Positions 25,744-39,136 are shown, counted from the first letter of the whole stretch. The stretch is 63,588 bases of DNA, filler included, from Octopus bimaculoides (GCF_001194135.2; 5 parts of 3 records of this genome joined end to end with filler, not necessarily neighbours in it), one strand, 5' to 3'. Translations and numbers: made by a program. The notes: a model not told the origin generated them from the letters alone.

Positions 25744-27280
25744 GTCTCACAATCTATAACATTTATTACGGGCTTCCACTGATATTAATTGATAAAATAA
25801 TATGAGTATTAATAACCGTATACAAAATTGATCTATTATACCCTACATGACAGAATTGATATTGCAGAAACGTTCCCAACCAACTCATCGTTTTCTTTGA
25901 TAATTTGATAATCACTTCTCTGAAGGCAGTGGATGTTTTGGAAGTGATCGCTAATGAAATTAAATCTTAAATTAATACTTTAGCCCAGATGCGTTTAAAG
26001 ATCAAATAACCAAGCATGTTTATAAAAGAGAACGTGAAGAGTACCCTGTGTTAATAGGTTTGATTGGCTATATCTATACTTGAAATAGTATGCTAGGAAC
26101 TCAGACATAAATAGTTGAAGCATTTCATAGTTAAGTGACATGACAAGTCAAATACTGAACTAAATAATTAGCAGTGTCTAGTTATTACCATTAAGGGTCT
26201 GCTCAAAACACCATTGAACTCCGTAAAAGAAGTAGCAGAAATATGCTATTGTTCATATCAGCGGTATCCTCATTTAGCGATTTAGGAAGTTTAATTAGTC
26301 TTAGAGTATTTTACATCTCCCTTAAAAGTTTAAAAATTAGTAATACATGAAAACTGATTTTATGTATTGGAAAAAGAAAAAGACAACAGAAACTGACAAT
26401 CAGAATAACTTATTAAGGAATTCACTTGGCTTACTTTCAGCAAATAACTTTTTGCCAACACCAGCGCCTCTATCATACAGCAACAAGCTATTAATCGATT
26501 CCACGCTAACGCTGAAATAGAAGCAGTAGGATCACGGTACGTTATGCTGGCAATAGTGATTCAACAATACTTTAATACGCATTAGAATCGAATGCTAAAG
26601 GGATACTCTTGTCTCCAAGTCTCTCTTATGAAGGCTTGAATGAACACCACATAAGCTTAGTCTCGCTACTTTGAAAATTTGTAATATTATTGCTTCACTC
26701 TGCAATGTATAAAACTAAAATCAAAATCTACTTAACATATGTGCTGTTTTTAATCCGATAATATTAATCTTCCTACTTTCAATCCGCAACAACAACAAAT
26801 GCATTGCAAGTCCTTGCGTGTTCAATAAAAATGTGGTTCAATCAGCTTTTACGATATGCATTAATCACTCACTAACTCTCAGAGAGGGTCTGTCTCTTTC
26901 ACTCACCCTCTCTTAATATCTATATCTCTTTCTCTACAGTTATTCCTCTAACACTATCATATCCAATTATTTTATCCGCGTGGAAACGTATATGAAACCA
27001 ATCAGCAGATGGAGAACTAATCGCAATAAAGTTGATACAAAACTTCAATATTTTCCCCGAATGCTCTGATTAATTAATTGAGAGATTCTACATTTCGCTT
27101 CATTGACAAAATGTTAACCAGAATTATTTGATGTGAGGATGTGTGTCTAACCGTTAGTGTGCATGTATTTGAACTTGCGTTTGAAGGTGAATGTACATAT
27201 ATCTAACTTAATTGTCGATATTATCTATCTATCTATCTATCTATCTCACTCTCTTTCTATATATATATTTGCGTGTGCAT

Positions 27281-27357
<77 letters not shown>

Positions 27358-27457
27358 NNNNNNNNNNNNNNNNNNNNNNNNNNNNNNNNNNNNNNNNNNN
27401 NTTAATTAATTAANNNNNNNNNNNNNNNNNNNNNNNNNNNNNNNNNNNNNNNNNNNN

Positions 27458-27489
<32 letters not shown>

Positions 27490-28519
27490 GGTATGTTTGT
27501 GTGTATTTATATATGTATATGTGTGTGTGTGTGTATATACTTATATACATATATGCAGAAATACAAAGTACTTTATTACGTAAATACTTTTACACATTAA
27601 TGTACACCTAAGAACTTCAACATGTATGCACGTGCGCCTACAGGTCTATATAGTACGTGTGTCGTATATGTATTAACATCTCCATCGTACGCATGTTTGC
27701 TCACGGATATACCTCCTAGATGCCTATATGGCAATATCTTCCTCTGTTCTTCCGTTTCCTTGCCACCCACGTAGTCGCAAAAGTTAATTTGATATTCTTC
27801 CCATATTTTCATAAAGATAAAAGTTTTTTTTTCTTTTCTCTTTCTTTTCCTCTTCCTGGTTCTCTTTCTCCGAAGCAAACCACGTAAAATAATATTTATT
27901 CCAGCAGCATGCGAACTTAAATTATTTTATACTTTAAACTATTGTGACCCGTATAGATCTCCCGGCGATTCACCATTATGTTTGGTTATTTGGTTATGTG
28001 ACTTACATATGCATGTTCTTAAACGTGTGCATACACGAGTTTATGTGTACTCACAAACGTCTGAGTGCATACAGAAATACATATATACGTACATGCACAC
28101 AAATGTACACTCGCATATACGCTTATATACATGCATTTATAATACCTAGAAGTTTCGTCGAGAAAGCTTACCTAATAGCACCTCCTGGGAAAGATAAGTA
28201 ATAATGTTACATATTACAATTAATATTTGGGCATCATAGCCTATTCGAGTAAATGATTATTATATACAGGATATATACAGATGTAGATGTTTTATCTGAA
28301 AATTGTTGGAAATATTCAACAAGGAACACTTCGGATGTCACAAAATCATATTGTTCTCTTATGCATCATAGGCTGGTGTTAAAACGAGCAATAGTTTTTG
28401 AGGGGAAATACTTCTCAGTACTGTGATGTCACACGAGTATTATTTTTGACAGAACATATTTCACAGAAACCGAATTTGTTTTTCCAGCCTCAATAGCTTT
28501 TTAAGTATCCTGAAAAACT

Positions 28520-29480
28520 TTGATGAGGTTTTGGCTAAAGAAGTTGTCTGGCTTCAGCATCCTCGAGAATTCTAATGTAGCTATATTTGATGACCTCAAT
28601 GATGCGATTAATATATCGGCCCAATACAGTGCCTTGTGACATGACTCTTACTAAGATTGATCTAACCTCATAGATCATGACATGTTCAGCTCTGTCTACC
28701 AGAAAAGTTTCAATCCACTTTAATAGTTTCCGTCATACTTCAATATCTATTAGTTTCTGAAATAGGATTCTATGGTCAATCCTGTTGAATGCCCTACAGG
28801 AGTCAATATAGATGACAGCTGCATTGAAGCTCTTCCTCAAGTCTTTAAGACATTATTGAGGTGAAGCAGGAGCAGTGTTAGGCAGGCTCTGTCATTGCGG
28901 AAAGCATGTTGGTTGGAAATAACATGGCTGTTACTTTTCTGGGTGTGAGTTACTCGTGATCTCATCACTTTCTCAAATAATTCGATGTAATGTGAAGTGA
29001 ATTCTATTGGTAATTCAATGCCAGCGATTTGTTGCAGTTTTTGAAGACTGGGAAAATTGACTGGGAAAGCCGTCTGTATTGTCGAGAATACAGCCAGACT
29101 CCAGTGATTTCCTCCAAATAATACCTAGAGGGAATGCTACTTTATGTCGACGCACCTTCAGAACTTTAGCGGCGAACATGTTGAGGGCTGCAGCTGAGTT
29201 TCGTGAGAGTTTGCTAATAGCTGGTGTGATATCCGGGCGCCAAATGATATATCAGATAAGGTGTGCTGAAGGTTTCTTTCACAGATGCTATCAGGATTTG
29301 CCATGTTGGAATTCTGCAGAAGCTCCACCATGAAGTGTGTCATTACCGTCTACCAAAGGAACGATAGATGACACAGCGACCTCATCCTTCTTGAAGAATG
29401 AGAAAAAACTCAGGAGTGACTTTCATTTTCACAATGACCCATTCTCTTCAGCAGTTCTTTGACTATCAATGATAGTTTTC
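28520..29480 (-). mobile_element. CR1/Jockey-group LINE reverse transcriptase fragment, degenerate
   Basis: Minus-strand translation FTSHYIELFEKV...SNQHAFRNDRACLTLLL...AVIYIDSCRAFNRIDHRILFQKL...LLKWIETFLVDR...SQGTVLG corresponds to the QHGFR/RSCLT, D-F-KAFD and QGTVLG motifs. Confidence 0.82.
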
Positions 29481-29729
29481 CTTCAGTTTTGAAGATAATG
29501 TTGCTTTGATTTCAGTAAAGATGTATCTATCGTGTGTAAGTGAATCAGCTCCCAATATACATTCAGAAATATATATACGTATGCATGGTATACAATACAT
29601 GCATGCATGTATATGTCTTTGTTTGTGTGTATACATAAGAAGAGTTCCCTAATTGTAGTCAGTAAGAACTTCACAGATGCAAACAAAACAAAATATAGTG
29701 AAATGGACATGAGATATAGCTGTTCTGAC

Positions 29730-29773
<44 letters not shown>

Positions 29774-30724
29774 NNNNNNNNNNNNNNNNNNNNNNNNNNN
29801 NNNNNNNNNNNNNNNNNNNNNNNNNNNNNNNNNNNNNNNNNNNNNNNNNNNNNNNNNNNNNNNNNNNNNNNNNNNNNNNNNNNNNNNNNNNNNNNNNNNN
29901 NNNNNNNNNNNNNNNNNNNNNNNNNNNNNNNNNNNNNNNNNNNNNNNNNNNNNNNNNNNNNNNNNNNNNNNNNNNNNNNNNNNNNNNNNNNNNNNNNNNN
30001 NNNNNNNNNNNNNNNNNNNNNNNNNNNNNNNNNNNNNNNNNNNNNNNNNNNNNNNNNNNNNNNNNNNNNNNNNNNNNNNNNNNNNNNNNTATATATATAT
30101 ATATATATTACATCAACTAATCTGCCCAATTAGACTGGATATGAATGCAGAACACATAGTAATTGATCACTGAATCGATTATGTAAGACTCAGCCTATCG
30201 CTTATGAGAGAGAGTTCGTATGTACGTAAGCAAACGAAAAGGCAAACCAACCTGAAATTCCCATCAGCTTGACAAGAAGAATTTTCAAGAGATGTCAGAT
30301 TGGGTCACGTCCTTCAGGAGCAATAAAATGCAGAATATCACAAATTTTGCAATCTATGTCAGGCAGTTGAAATAGGAAGGCACAGCAAGCGATGCCAGCG
30401 GGTAGATCACCTAACACTTCAAACCACAAGTAAATGCTCACAACAGATGTAGAAAGTGGAACACTGGCAAGAGAATTGATCTAAATAACTGCCGTGTTAT
30501 TATGGCGGAACTTGCCACAATGAAAATATTTCAGCCGCCATATGCACAGGCACAATTTTACACTCAAAAACTTCACTCACACTCCAAAATCCCTTTGAAG
30601 GAAAAGTAATAATACCCCATCCCTTGAACTTTTCGTAGTCAGTTACCGAAAGCCCTTTCCTGTTAAGCTTATCTTCTCATGCATTCTCTTTCGTTCTCCG
30701 CTTGACACCTTCTTGTCCCATTCT

Positions 30725-30970
30725 CCTTTACACATTCTCTCTCTCTCTCTTTCTCCTATGTCTATCTCTTTCTCTCTCTCTCTCTCTCTCTCTACTGTCT
30801 ATCTCTTTCTCTCTCTCTCTCTACTGTCTATCTCTTTCTCTCTCTCTCTCTCTCTCTCCCCTGTATATCTCTTTCTCTCGCTCTCTCCTCTGTCTATATC
30901 TTTCTGCCTCTCCTCTGTCTATCAATTTCTCTCTCCCTCTCTCTCGTTCTCCCCATGTCTCTCTTTCTCC
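30725..30970. repeat. (CT)n-rich degenerate microsatellite
   Basis: Direct reading; explains the SL-rich ORFs. Confidence 0.92.
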
Positions 30971-31375
30971 ATCGTTCATTCTATCGTGAAGTCTCTATTC
31001 CTTACTGTCTCCATACTGAATCTCATGGATGGAAGTCTGTAATTTCTAGTGATAGAGCAAGTGTGCATCCATGTATAAGGAAGGAGACATAAATAGCTAG
31101 ACAGAGAGAACAGCAGACACATACATTTTATTTTGGTGTGGGTGATGAAATATATTATATTCAAGATCAATTAAATATATAATTTTCTGGGCAATACATT
31201 CTTCCTCTGAAGAATTTGTCATTAAATGCGCTCTGCTTTACTAATAGTAGCCTTTGAAATCACATTTAAGCATATTAATATAAAGCAATGAATGATCTTG
31301 AAATGCATATTTCTAAATGGAATTACACATGTGTTGCCAATATTTCGTTCTAAAAACAACAAAAGACAAAAAAAG

Positions 31376-32020
31376 GTGGCGAGCTGGCAAAATCTTTGAC
31401 ACGTTGGAAGAAATGTTTTCCAATATTTCGCCCGTAGTTTCGTTCGGAGTTCAAATTCTGCTGAGATCGACCCCGCTTTCATCCTTTTGCTTTCGACAAA
31501 TTAAGTACCAGTGAAAAACAGGGGTTAATATAATCGACTAGTCCCCTTCCTATGCCATGTGCCTTTATTAGAAAGGATTATTATAGCTCTAAAAAAAAAG
31601 GCTGGGAAGTGGAAAATCGTTAGCGAACCGGGCAAAATGCTTAGCAGCATTTTATGAGTTCAAATTCCACCGAAGTCGACTTTTTCTTTCTTCCTTACTG
31701 ATTCGATGAAATAAGTACCAGTTGAGTACAGGGGCCGATGTAATCGACTTAACCCCTGATCCGAAATTGCTGGCTTTGTATCAAAATTTGAAAATATTAT
31801 TACAGCATTAAAAACGCAGCAAGCTGGCATAATTTTTATCGAGCCGGACAAAATGCATAGCTTCATTTTCCTGGTATTACGTTATGAATTTAAATACCGT
31901 CAGGGTCCAGTTAGCTTTTCATTCTTTCAAGGGCAGAAAGACGAGTAATAGTTGAGCACTAGAGTCGATGTAATTGACTTGCGCCATCTCCTTAAATTTC
32001 CGGACTTGTGCCTATAATAG
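31376..32020 (+). mobile_element. Three head-to-tail SINE family A copies
   Basis: Heads near 31376 (GGTGGCGAGCTGGCAAAATC), about 31600 and about 31815. Each has GTTCAAATT (or a variant) and a GATAAATTAAGTACCAGT-like core. Confidence 0.82.
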
Positions 32021-34573
32021 ATACTCAACAGTTAACATAGACCTAGAGCATGGTATTTGGATAGACATTGTACTTCAAAAATAAAGACGATATAATAAAT
32101 TCTCCAGAAAAGGGCAAATAAAAATATGCTTTAATTTTATGAATATGCCTATACTTTAAATATATTGATGAAAATGCCCTTTGTCCTGCGTTTGATTTTT
32201 GCCCCTAGATCTATAACTTCCGATTGTTGATTTCAGCATTTTCCTATGTTCCCTTTCTTTTTCGCTAAAGTAAAACTGTTACCACAGTCTTGGGCAAAAT
32301 AGCAATGTTTCAAGTCCACCCCAATTATCTTAACAAGGATAATAAACAGTTTTATTCGAAATAATTTCATGCGATCTAAGTTACTTTTATTTGTGAAATT
32401 ATTAAGTACATAAGTTCATTTGCCTTGATTTGAAAGAGTGACATTTCACTGAATAATCCCAAGACCACCTTAGTGGGAGCTACTGACTGAGACCAGAATT
32501 TCACAAAAAAATCTATCAACGCTATTCTCCTTGCACTCTTTGTTGCCTCTGGTATCTCAATATATCATACGTTTTAGTAAATGAGCATGTGTGTATTGAA
32601 TACGTTACAGTATATCATTGTCACAGCTGCGTTTCTGAATCACTTGAACCTCAATTTATATTATTTACACTAAACTTACGCACTATGTAACATGAATAGT
32701 AAATTAATGAACAGCATAACTACACCACGGTAGGTTACCTCATTTTTATATAAAGATTTGACACAGTGCTGATAATAATTCAAGTTAGTAACGGAATTGC
32801 TTGTTGCATTGAAATATCTCTAAGACATGACAGGTATCATGTTATTGAATTTAGTGAGAGAAAAGACAAAGGCGAGACTGACACGAGTGAAAATTACTAT
32901 AACACATGCAGATAGAGCAAAACACATTAAAGCATATAGACCGACACTCTATATGTCAGACGTTAAAATGCCAAAACCACTATAATGAAAGAATTCTCCA
33001 CTTTGACCAATAGAAATTCAGAGCAATAACATTATTTTATTTCATCTTGCTTTCCGTTTTCAGAAGAAATATTCATTTCACCAAAATAATCGAATACGCT
33101 GACTTTTTAACTAAATGGAATTTTATTCCCTGATTTTCTCTCTGAACTAATGTATTCACATTATAAAATAATTTATCATACCGCAACAGTAACATCCCGC
33201 TGTGTCTGTCAAATTATTTAACAATCGTTGTGAAAATATTCTGGCTAGCTATGCACGCTTTAGTAAACCATGTATCCACCTGATTTTCTAATTGAACACA
33301 TTTATACACTGCAGCAAAGCGAAAATTGCTTTGCTTCATATGTTTTTTTCTTTTATATAATTTTGCTTTACACTTTTTTTTTTTTCATACTTTCCATTAT
33401 GTTAGATATTTTCAATTCACTAAACGAGTGGGATTGTCGAAGTTACATTAGTTTGTTTCAGACAACACGTCTGAAACCATAATGGATTTCTGCTATTGGC
33501 ACATATCTTGTAGAGAAGAGTAATAGATGCGGTCAACATCAGTACTCGATTATAGCATATATTATTGATTGCCTCATTATCTGATGCATAAATTATGTTA
33601 CGTTTTTGATGTTATTGCTGAGCTCCAGATGGTTCTTCACTAAATGATAAATAAAAAGAAATCCATTAGACCCATTGCATTCAGTAATAACGTGATTTCA
33701 AGAAGTTTTGACTGGTATTCCTAGCACATCAAGTGACAAAACACAGAACTTCTCGTAGAGCCTTCTTGTGTTGCCTTATTGTATTATATAAGAGTGAGTT
33801 GAAGGAGCTGGGTTAAATATAACACAAATGAATACACCACATATTTGAGACTATCATCTCTCCACAATATAGCACAACGCACGCAATAGGTTCTGTATGC
33901 AATAACATCCTAATACTGTAACACAACACATAGAGTTAGCATTATACATACAACCAGAGCCCAATATCATGATTCACCTCTAGGCAGCGGATTCGTAAAA
34001 ACGTTTGAGCATCGGACAAAAAAGTGACTGCGGCATTTAGTAAAGACTTAACATCCGAAGTTCAAATGACATTGAAGTTAGAATTACCTTTCATCCGTCA
34101 TGGGTCGATAAAATAACGTTGCAGGCAAGTATTGTAAATGATGTAATAGACTACGTCAACCCTTTCCAAATACGAGGTATTGTTCATAAAGAAATCGATA
34201 TTATAAAACAACACACACACGGAATACTACATGTACACAGACATATAAGCCAATGCGATTACGCAAACCGAACAGAGAACATTTGACACCATCACTTTCT
34301 TAGACTTGCACAACACACGCAACATTTATTTCAAATAATAGCCTCTCTAATAACATCAAAGCCATATCACCAACAAAAGACAAAACGTTAAAATTACAGG
34401 ATAAACATTAAAAACACAAATCCCACCAACACCGCATTGAAATCAGTAGTAACCGAAAAGTACTTTCTCACTCCAAGATAGTTAAGACTGAACACACCTC
34501 AGGAACACTTTGGTGCACTAACTATGCGGTAATATCTCCTATGAAACTATTGAGGCAACTGATGATGATGATG

Positions 34574-34658
<85 letters not shown>

Positions 34659-34679
34659 CGGTGAGAATTTCAATGTTTG

Positions 34680-34875
34680 GCGGTGAGCCAGCGGTTTCGG
34701 GGATTAGGAGGAAGGAGGGAGGTTGTTTTCATCAGCCTCAGTACTCAGCCGGTACCTACATTATCAACTCCGAAGAGATGAAAGGAATTTGAACTTCATA
34801 ACGTAAAGACGGACGATGTGCCACTATGCATTTTGTCCGATTGGCTAACGATTTTGTCTGTTCACCGTCTTACCA
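34680..34875 (-). mobile_element. SINE family A copy flanked by (TAA)n on both sides
   Basis: GATGAAAGGAATTTGAACTTC...GCTAACGATTTTGTCTGTTCACCGTCTT is the reverse complement of the family A head; (TAA)n at about 34572-34657 and about 34878-34946. Confidence 0.75.
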
Positions 34876-34878
34876 TCC

Positions 34879-34946
<68 letters not shown>

Positions 34947-34950
<4 letters not shown>

Positions 34951-35202
34951 GACTTACCTGAGGCAAAAGAAAAACTAAAGCAAGACATCCTTGCCAAAGC
35001 ACAGAGGATCCGCCGGTATGAGAAACGCCAACGTTTCTTTGAACAAAACAAACAGTTCAAATCCAACCCCAAAAAACTCTACCAAGAACTGGGTAAAAAT
35101 AAAATATACATTACTTCAGCACCAACAGCAGAAGAACTAGAGAAATTCTGGAAACAAATATGGTCGGTGAAGCAACAACCCCAAAAAAGGACCATTAAAA
35201 CA
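34947..35202 (+). mobile_element. R4/Dong-like non-LTR retrotransposon, internal ORF fragment
   Basis: Open frame KDLPEAKEKLKQDILAKAQRIRRYEKRQRFFEQNKQFKSNPKKLYQELGK...PTAEELEKFWKQIWS is typical of the pre-RT region of R4/Dong. It starts directly after (TAA)n. Confidence 0.75.
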
Positions 35203-35302
35203 NNNNNNNNNNNNNNNNNNNNNNNNNNNNNNNNNNNNNNNNNNNNTTAATTAATTAANNNNNNNNNNNNNNNNNNNNNNNNNNNNNNNNNNNNNNNNNN
35301 NN

Positions 35303-35675
35303 AGTCCGCCCCGTGGAAATTCAGGTTGGATATTGCTTGAGTCCTCCTGATGGGGTGGGTGTCAGTGGGTTGTCTAGGACCATACATAGTTAATTCTATA
35401 ATGTTATGATCTGAGAGAGATGTGGGCGTTATTTTCACATTATGGATTAGGCTCACATTGTTTGTGAAGCAGAGATCCAAAATATTGCTTCCCCTGGTTG
35501 GTTGGAGTATCACTTGTTCCATGAACAGCATGTTGGATAGTTCTAGCAATGATTTTGCTTGGCTTTTTTCATGCAGTGACATCCCAGAGAGGATGTGACC
35601 TTCAGGCCATTTAACATTTGGGAGGTTAAAGTCGCCTAGGAAAAGTATATTGATGTGTTGGTCCAGATTTGTCAG
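35303..35675 (-). mobile_element. CR1/L2-group LINE AP-endonuclease fragment
   Basis: ILFLGDFNLPNVKW...EQVILQPTRGSNILDLCFTN...SLSDHNII contains the GDFN, PTR..NILDL and SDH APE motifs. Confidence 0.9.
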
Positions 35676-35696
35676 GACCAACACATCAATATATAT

Positions 35697-36528
35697 ATAT
35701 AAATGATATTTAAGAGGAAAATTCAAGTAGGTTCAACAATTTATATAAACATGTATTCAGCCATTAATGGATGCATATCAGCTATTAGGTTATATTAATG
35801 TAACAGTCATTAATATATTAAAACATTAAAAATTTATGAATACATAAATATATAAAAGTATAATATGCATATATGGGTAGAAAAATCAAATTGAGGTATA
35901 AAAATTTTGATGTATAAAATTATATATTAACATCTTGAACTACTATCCAACTACTAGATTAAAAGTGTTGTTAAAAATATTAAAGAATAAAATATAAATC
36001 CTCATGAAAAAATGAATAAAGTTTTAAGCATGGAGGTTGGAGGTACCAAAGAACAGATATAGGTAGTCCAGTTTAAATAATTAGGTAGTGGTGCTCCAAC
36101 GGCCATTTCAGGGGTACAGTGATCCATAGATTTGAGGGTGTTCCAATCCAAATATTAGATACTGCCTCCTTCATCAGGGGGAGTATACTATTTAGGATTC
36201 CCATTTCATACAGTGTTCATATATATTTTTATTCTTTAATATTTTTAGCAACGCTTTTAATCTATTAATAGGATAGTAGTCCAAGATGTTTATATATAAT
36301 TTTATACATCAACATTTTTATACCTCAATTTGATTTTTCTACCCATATATGTATATTACATTTTTATATATATGTGTGTATGTATTCATAAATTTTTAAT
36401 GTTTTAATATATTAATGACTGTTACATTAACATAACCTAATAACTGTTATGCATCAGTTTATGGCTGAATATATGTTTATATAAATTGTTGAACCTACTT
36501 AATTTCTCCTCTTAAATATTATTTATAT
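35697..36528. repeat. Long inverted repeat (~300-bp arms, ~225-bp spacer), possibly Penelope-derived
   Basis: About 35697-35997 is the reverse complement of about 36222-36528 (for example AAGTAGGTTCAACAATTTATATAAACAT / ATGTTTATATAAATTGTTGAACCTACTT). The spacer carries a hammerhead-like core on the minus strand. Confidence 0.92.
36092..36186 (-). ncRNA. Degenerate type I hammerhead ribozyme-like motif
   Basis: Minus strand: TACTCC-cc-CTGATGA-[long imperfect stem II AGG...CCT]-GAAA-TGGCCGT-T-GGAGCA. Stem III is near-palindromic (ATGGCCGT). Stem I is out of register by 2 nt within a C-run. Confidence 0.45.
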
Positions 36529-36729
36529 CTTGCGTCTCTGGTTCTCTACCTGAGCACTTCCTACCACTGCCTATATAATACACAAAAAGAAATTTTTATT
36601 ATATATTTATATGCACACACACATGATATTAGCGATGAGATTTTGTAGATATAATGAGAATATTTCTTTGAGCAAGAATTTACAAAAGCTTAATAAAATA
36701 AGATGAATTCAGATTTTAGAGTGATTACA

Positions 36730-36772
36730 TCATCATCATTGTTTAATGTCTACTTTCCATGCTGGCACGGAT

Positions 36773-36812
<40 letters not shown>

Positions 36813-36920
36813 TACATTGTTCTTTTTACCATCCATTTTTCAATGTTAGCATGGGCTACCTTAAAATGTTTTTGAGGCATAGTTTTACAGTCAGATGCCC
36901 TTTCTGATGCTAACCCATAC
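36730..36920 (-). mobile_element. Short repeat with RTE-like 3' tail ((GAT)n-ended); related copies at ~37585-37625, ~43400, ~46125-46250, ~49620-49830 (opposite strand), ~49870-50050
   Basis: Shared CATCATCATCGTTTAACGTC..CTTTCCATGCT and GATGCCCTTCCT..TGCCAAC motifs. The RTE link is inferred from recalled tail motifs. Confidence 0.6.
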
Positions 36921-37629
36921 CTGTTTTTCAAGTTGAGGATTTTGTATTCCCTACAGCATCAAAGTCACAAAATGTGTGGGAAATCTATCAACAGGCAAAA
37001 TATTATCCCTAATATATTTCAGAAACATGCTGATGATAAGAGAACATATTTTAATCCTAAATGTAATTTCGCAATTAGTCAGAAATAAACTTGAATATCT
37101 AGCTTTGCATTTCAAACAAATTATTTTGTAAATTATGCATTGAACAGTAATAAAAGTTAGATAATAAAAATCATGATTGAATTCAATGGGAGCAAATGAA
37201 CTCATCAAATGTAGATAATGCTGCATTCATTTATGGAAATCATTTCTTGAGATTAAAATATAAGATGCACTTGTCTATGTGTATATGTTTCTGCTTATAA
37301 GGTTGGCATATTATGCCATACTCCACTCCCACCCATGTATTCTTTAATTATATATGCTTAAGTAAGCATAAATTATTTGGACAGATAGCTATATTCATAA
37401 ACTACATGGTGCATTTGGTGCTTGGACAGATATAGCATGCAAGAAACATATGTTAATTTTGTAATGTACCTGTCTCCTGTGTGCATGTTGTCATTATGAA
37501 CATTTGTGCATGTTCCTAGAATTTGTATCTCTGCTTATCTGTGTGTGTATATGTGTATGTACATTTAATAATAATTGTCCAACCCATGGAAAGCGAACGT
37601 TAAACGATTATGATGATGATGATGATGAA

Positions 37630-37845
37630 CAATCCTTTCTACTGAAGGCACAAGGCCTGAAATTTTGGGGGAGGGGACGAGTTGATTACATGAATCCCAG
37701 TGTTTCACTGGTACTTAATTTATCAACCGCGAAAGGATGAAAGGCAAACTCGACTTTGGCAGAATTTGAACTCAGAACATGATGATGGATGAAATGCTGC
37801 TAAGCATTTTGCCCAGCATGCTAACAATTCTGCTAGCTTGGCACC

Positions 37846-37895
<50 letters not shown>

Positions 37896-38110
37896 CCTTT
37901 CTACTATAGGCACAAGGTCTGGAATTTGAGGGGAGGGGGATAGTGATTACATCGACCCCAGTACTCAACTAGTACTTAATTTATCGACCCCGAAAGGATG
38001 AAAGGTAAAGTTGACCTATGCAGAATTTGTGCTCAGAACATAGAGACAAGCAAAATACTGCTAAACATTTCATCCAGCATGTTAGCAATTCTGCCAGCTC
38101 ACCACCTTAA
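37630..38110 (-). mobile_element. Two tandem SINE family A copies separated by (TAA)n
   Basis: Two blocks of AATCCTTTCTACT..AGGCACAAGG..TGAAATTT...GAAAGGATGAAAGG...GCTAACAATTCTGC.AGCT..CACCTT. Confidence 0.88.
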
Positions 38111-38165
38111 TGATAATAATAATAATAATAATAATAGTAATAATAATAGTAATAATAATAGACAA

Positions 38166-38575
38166 AGGAGTGGCTGTGTGGTAAGTGGCTTGCTTACCAA
38201 CCACATGGTTCTGGGTTCAGTCCCACTGCGTGGCACCTTGGGCAACTGTCTTCTACTATAGCTTTGGGCTGACCAATGCCTTGTGAGTGGATTTGGTAGA
38301 CAGAAACTGAAAGAAGCCCATCGTATATATGTATATATATGTGTGTGTGTGTGTGTATGTTTGTGTGTCTGTGTTTGTCCCCCCAACATCGCTTGACAAC
38401 CGATGCTGGTATGTTTATGTCCCCGTAACTTAGCAATTCGGCAAAAGAGACCGATAGAATAAGTACTAGGTTTACAAAGAATAAGTCCTGGGGTCAATTT
38501 GCTTGACCAAAGGCGGTGCTCGAGCATGGCCAAAGTTAAATGACTGAAACAAGTAAAAGAGTAAAGAGTAAAGAA
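38166..38575 (+). mobile_element. SINE family B, near full length
   Basis: AGGAGTGGCTGTGTGGTAAG (A-box-like), GGGTTCAGTCCC (B-box-like), internal (TA)/(TG) microsatellite, GAGTAAAGAGTAAAG tail. Confidence 0.9.
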
Positions 38576-38584
38576 AAAGTGAAA

Positions 38585-38900
38585 TTATTAAGTGATCCAT
38601 CAGGTCCGTTTGATTCCAGGATTATAAAGAAGAAAGATAGAAAATTTTAAAAATGCAATCCCTTAAAATTTGAAATTGTAAAAATTTTAAATATGAAAAC
38701 TGTAAAGGTTGTCCCTGTAATAATTGGTGCATTAGGAACTGTGAGTAATGATAAAGACAAATGGCTAAAGGAGATTGGAATAGAATGTCTTGTAGAGCTT
38801 CTACAGAAAGTTTGCTTTTAAGAGACAGAAAAGATTATCAGAGGGGTTTTGTGCACTTGAAAGATTATTGAAAGATTGTGGAAGTAGTAATCTGCTACCC
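38585..38900 (+). mobile_element. R4/Dong-like LINE 3' end (RLE C-terminus), degenerate
   Basis: DPSGPFDSRI..K...PLKFEI.K..NMKTVKVVPVIIGALGTVS...WLKEIGIECLVELLQKVC..ETEKIIR.VL*. Confidence 0.78.
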
Positions 38901-39136
38901 ACATAAAATCTACCAGGAATAAGAACAAACTTGAATGATAATGGTTTCAAACGTTGGTACAAGACACTAAAGTAATACTGGACATCAAGACATTCAAAGA
39001 TATTTGCTGTGTATTTTCTCTAACAAAACTCAAGATGCCATTTTTATACAAGAAATGAGAAAAGGAGAATATCATTCAGTATCGGAAATCTTCTCTTCTG
39101 CGAGAAAAATATTCCAACAAAGCAGTCAGTAAACCT

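Noticed and set aside
27402-27413. TTAATTAATTAA between N-runs, repeated at 35247-35258, 50356-50367 and 56817-56828
   Set aside because: Identical 12-mer with stops in all six frames, always embedded in Ns of similar length; an artificial contig-join spacer, not biology.
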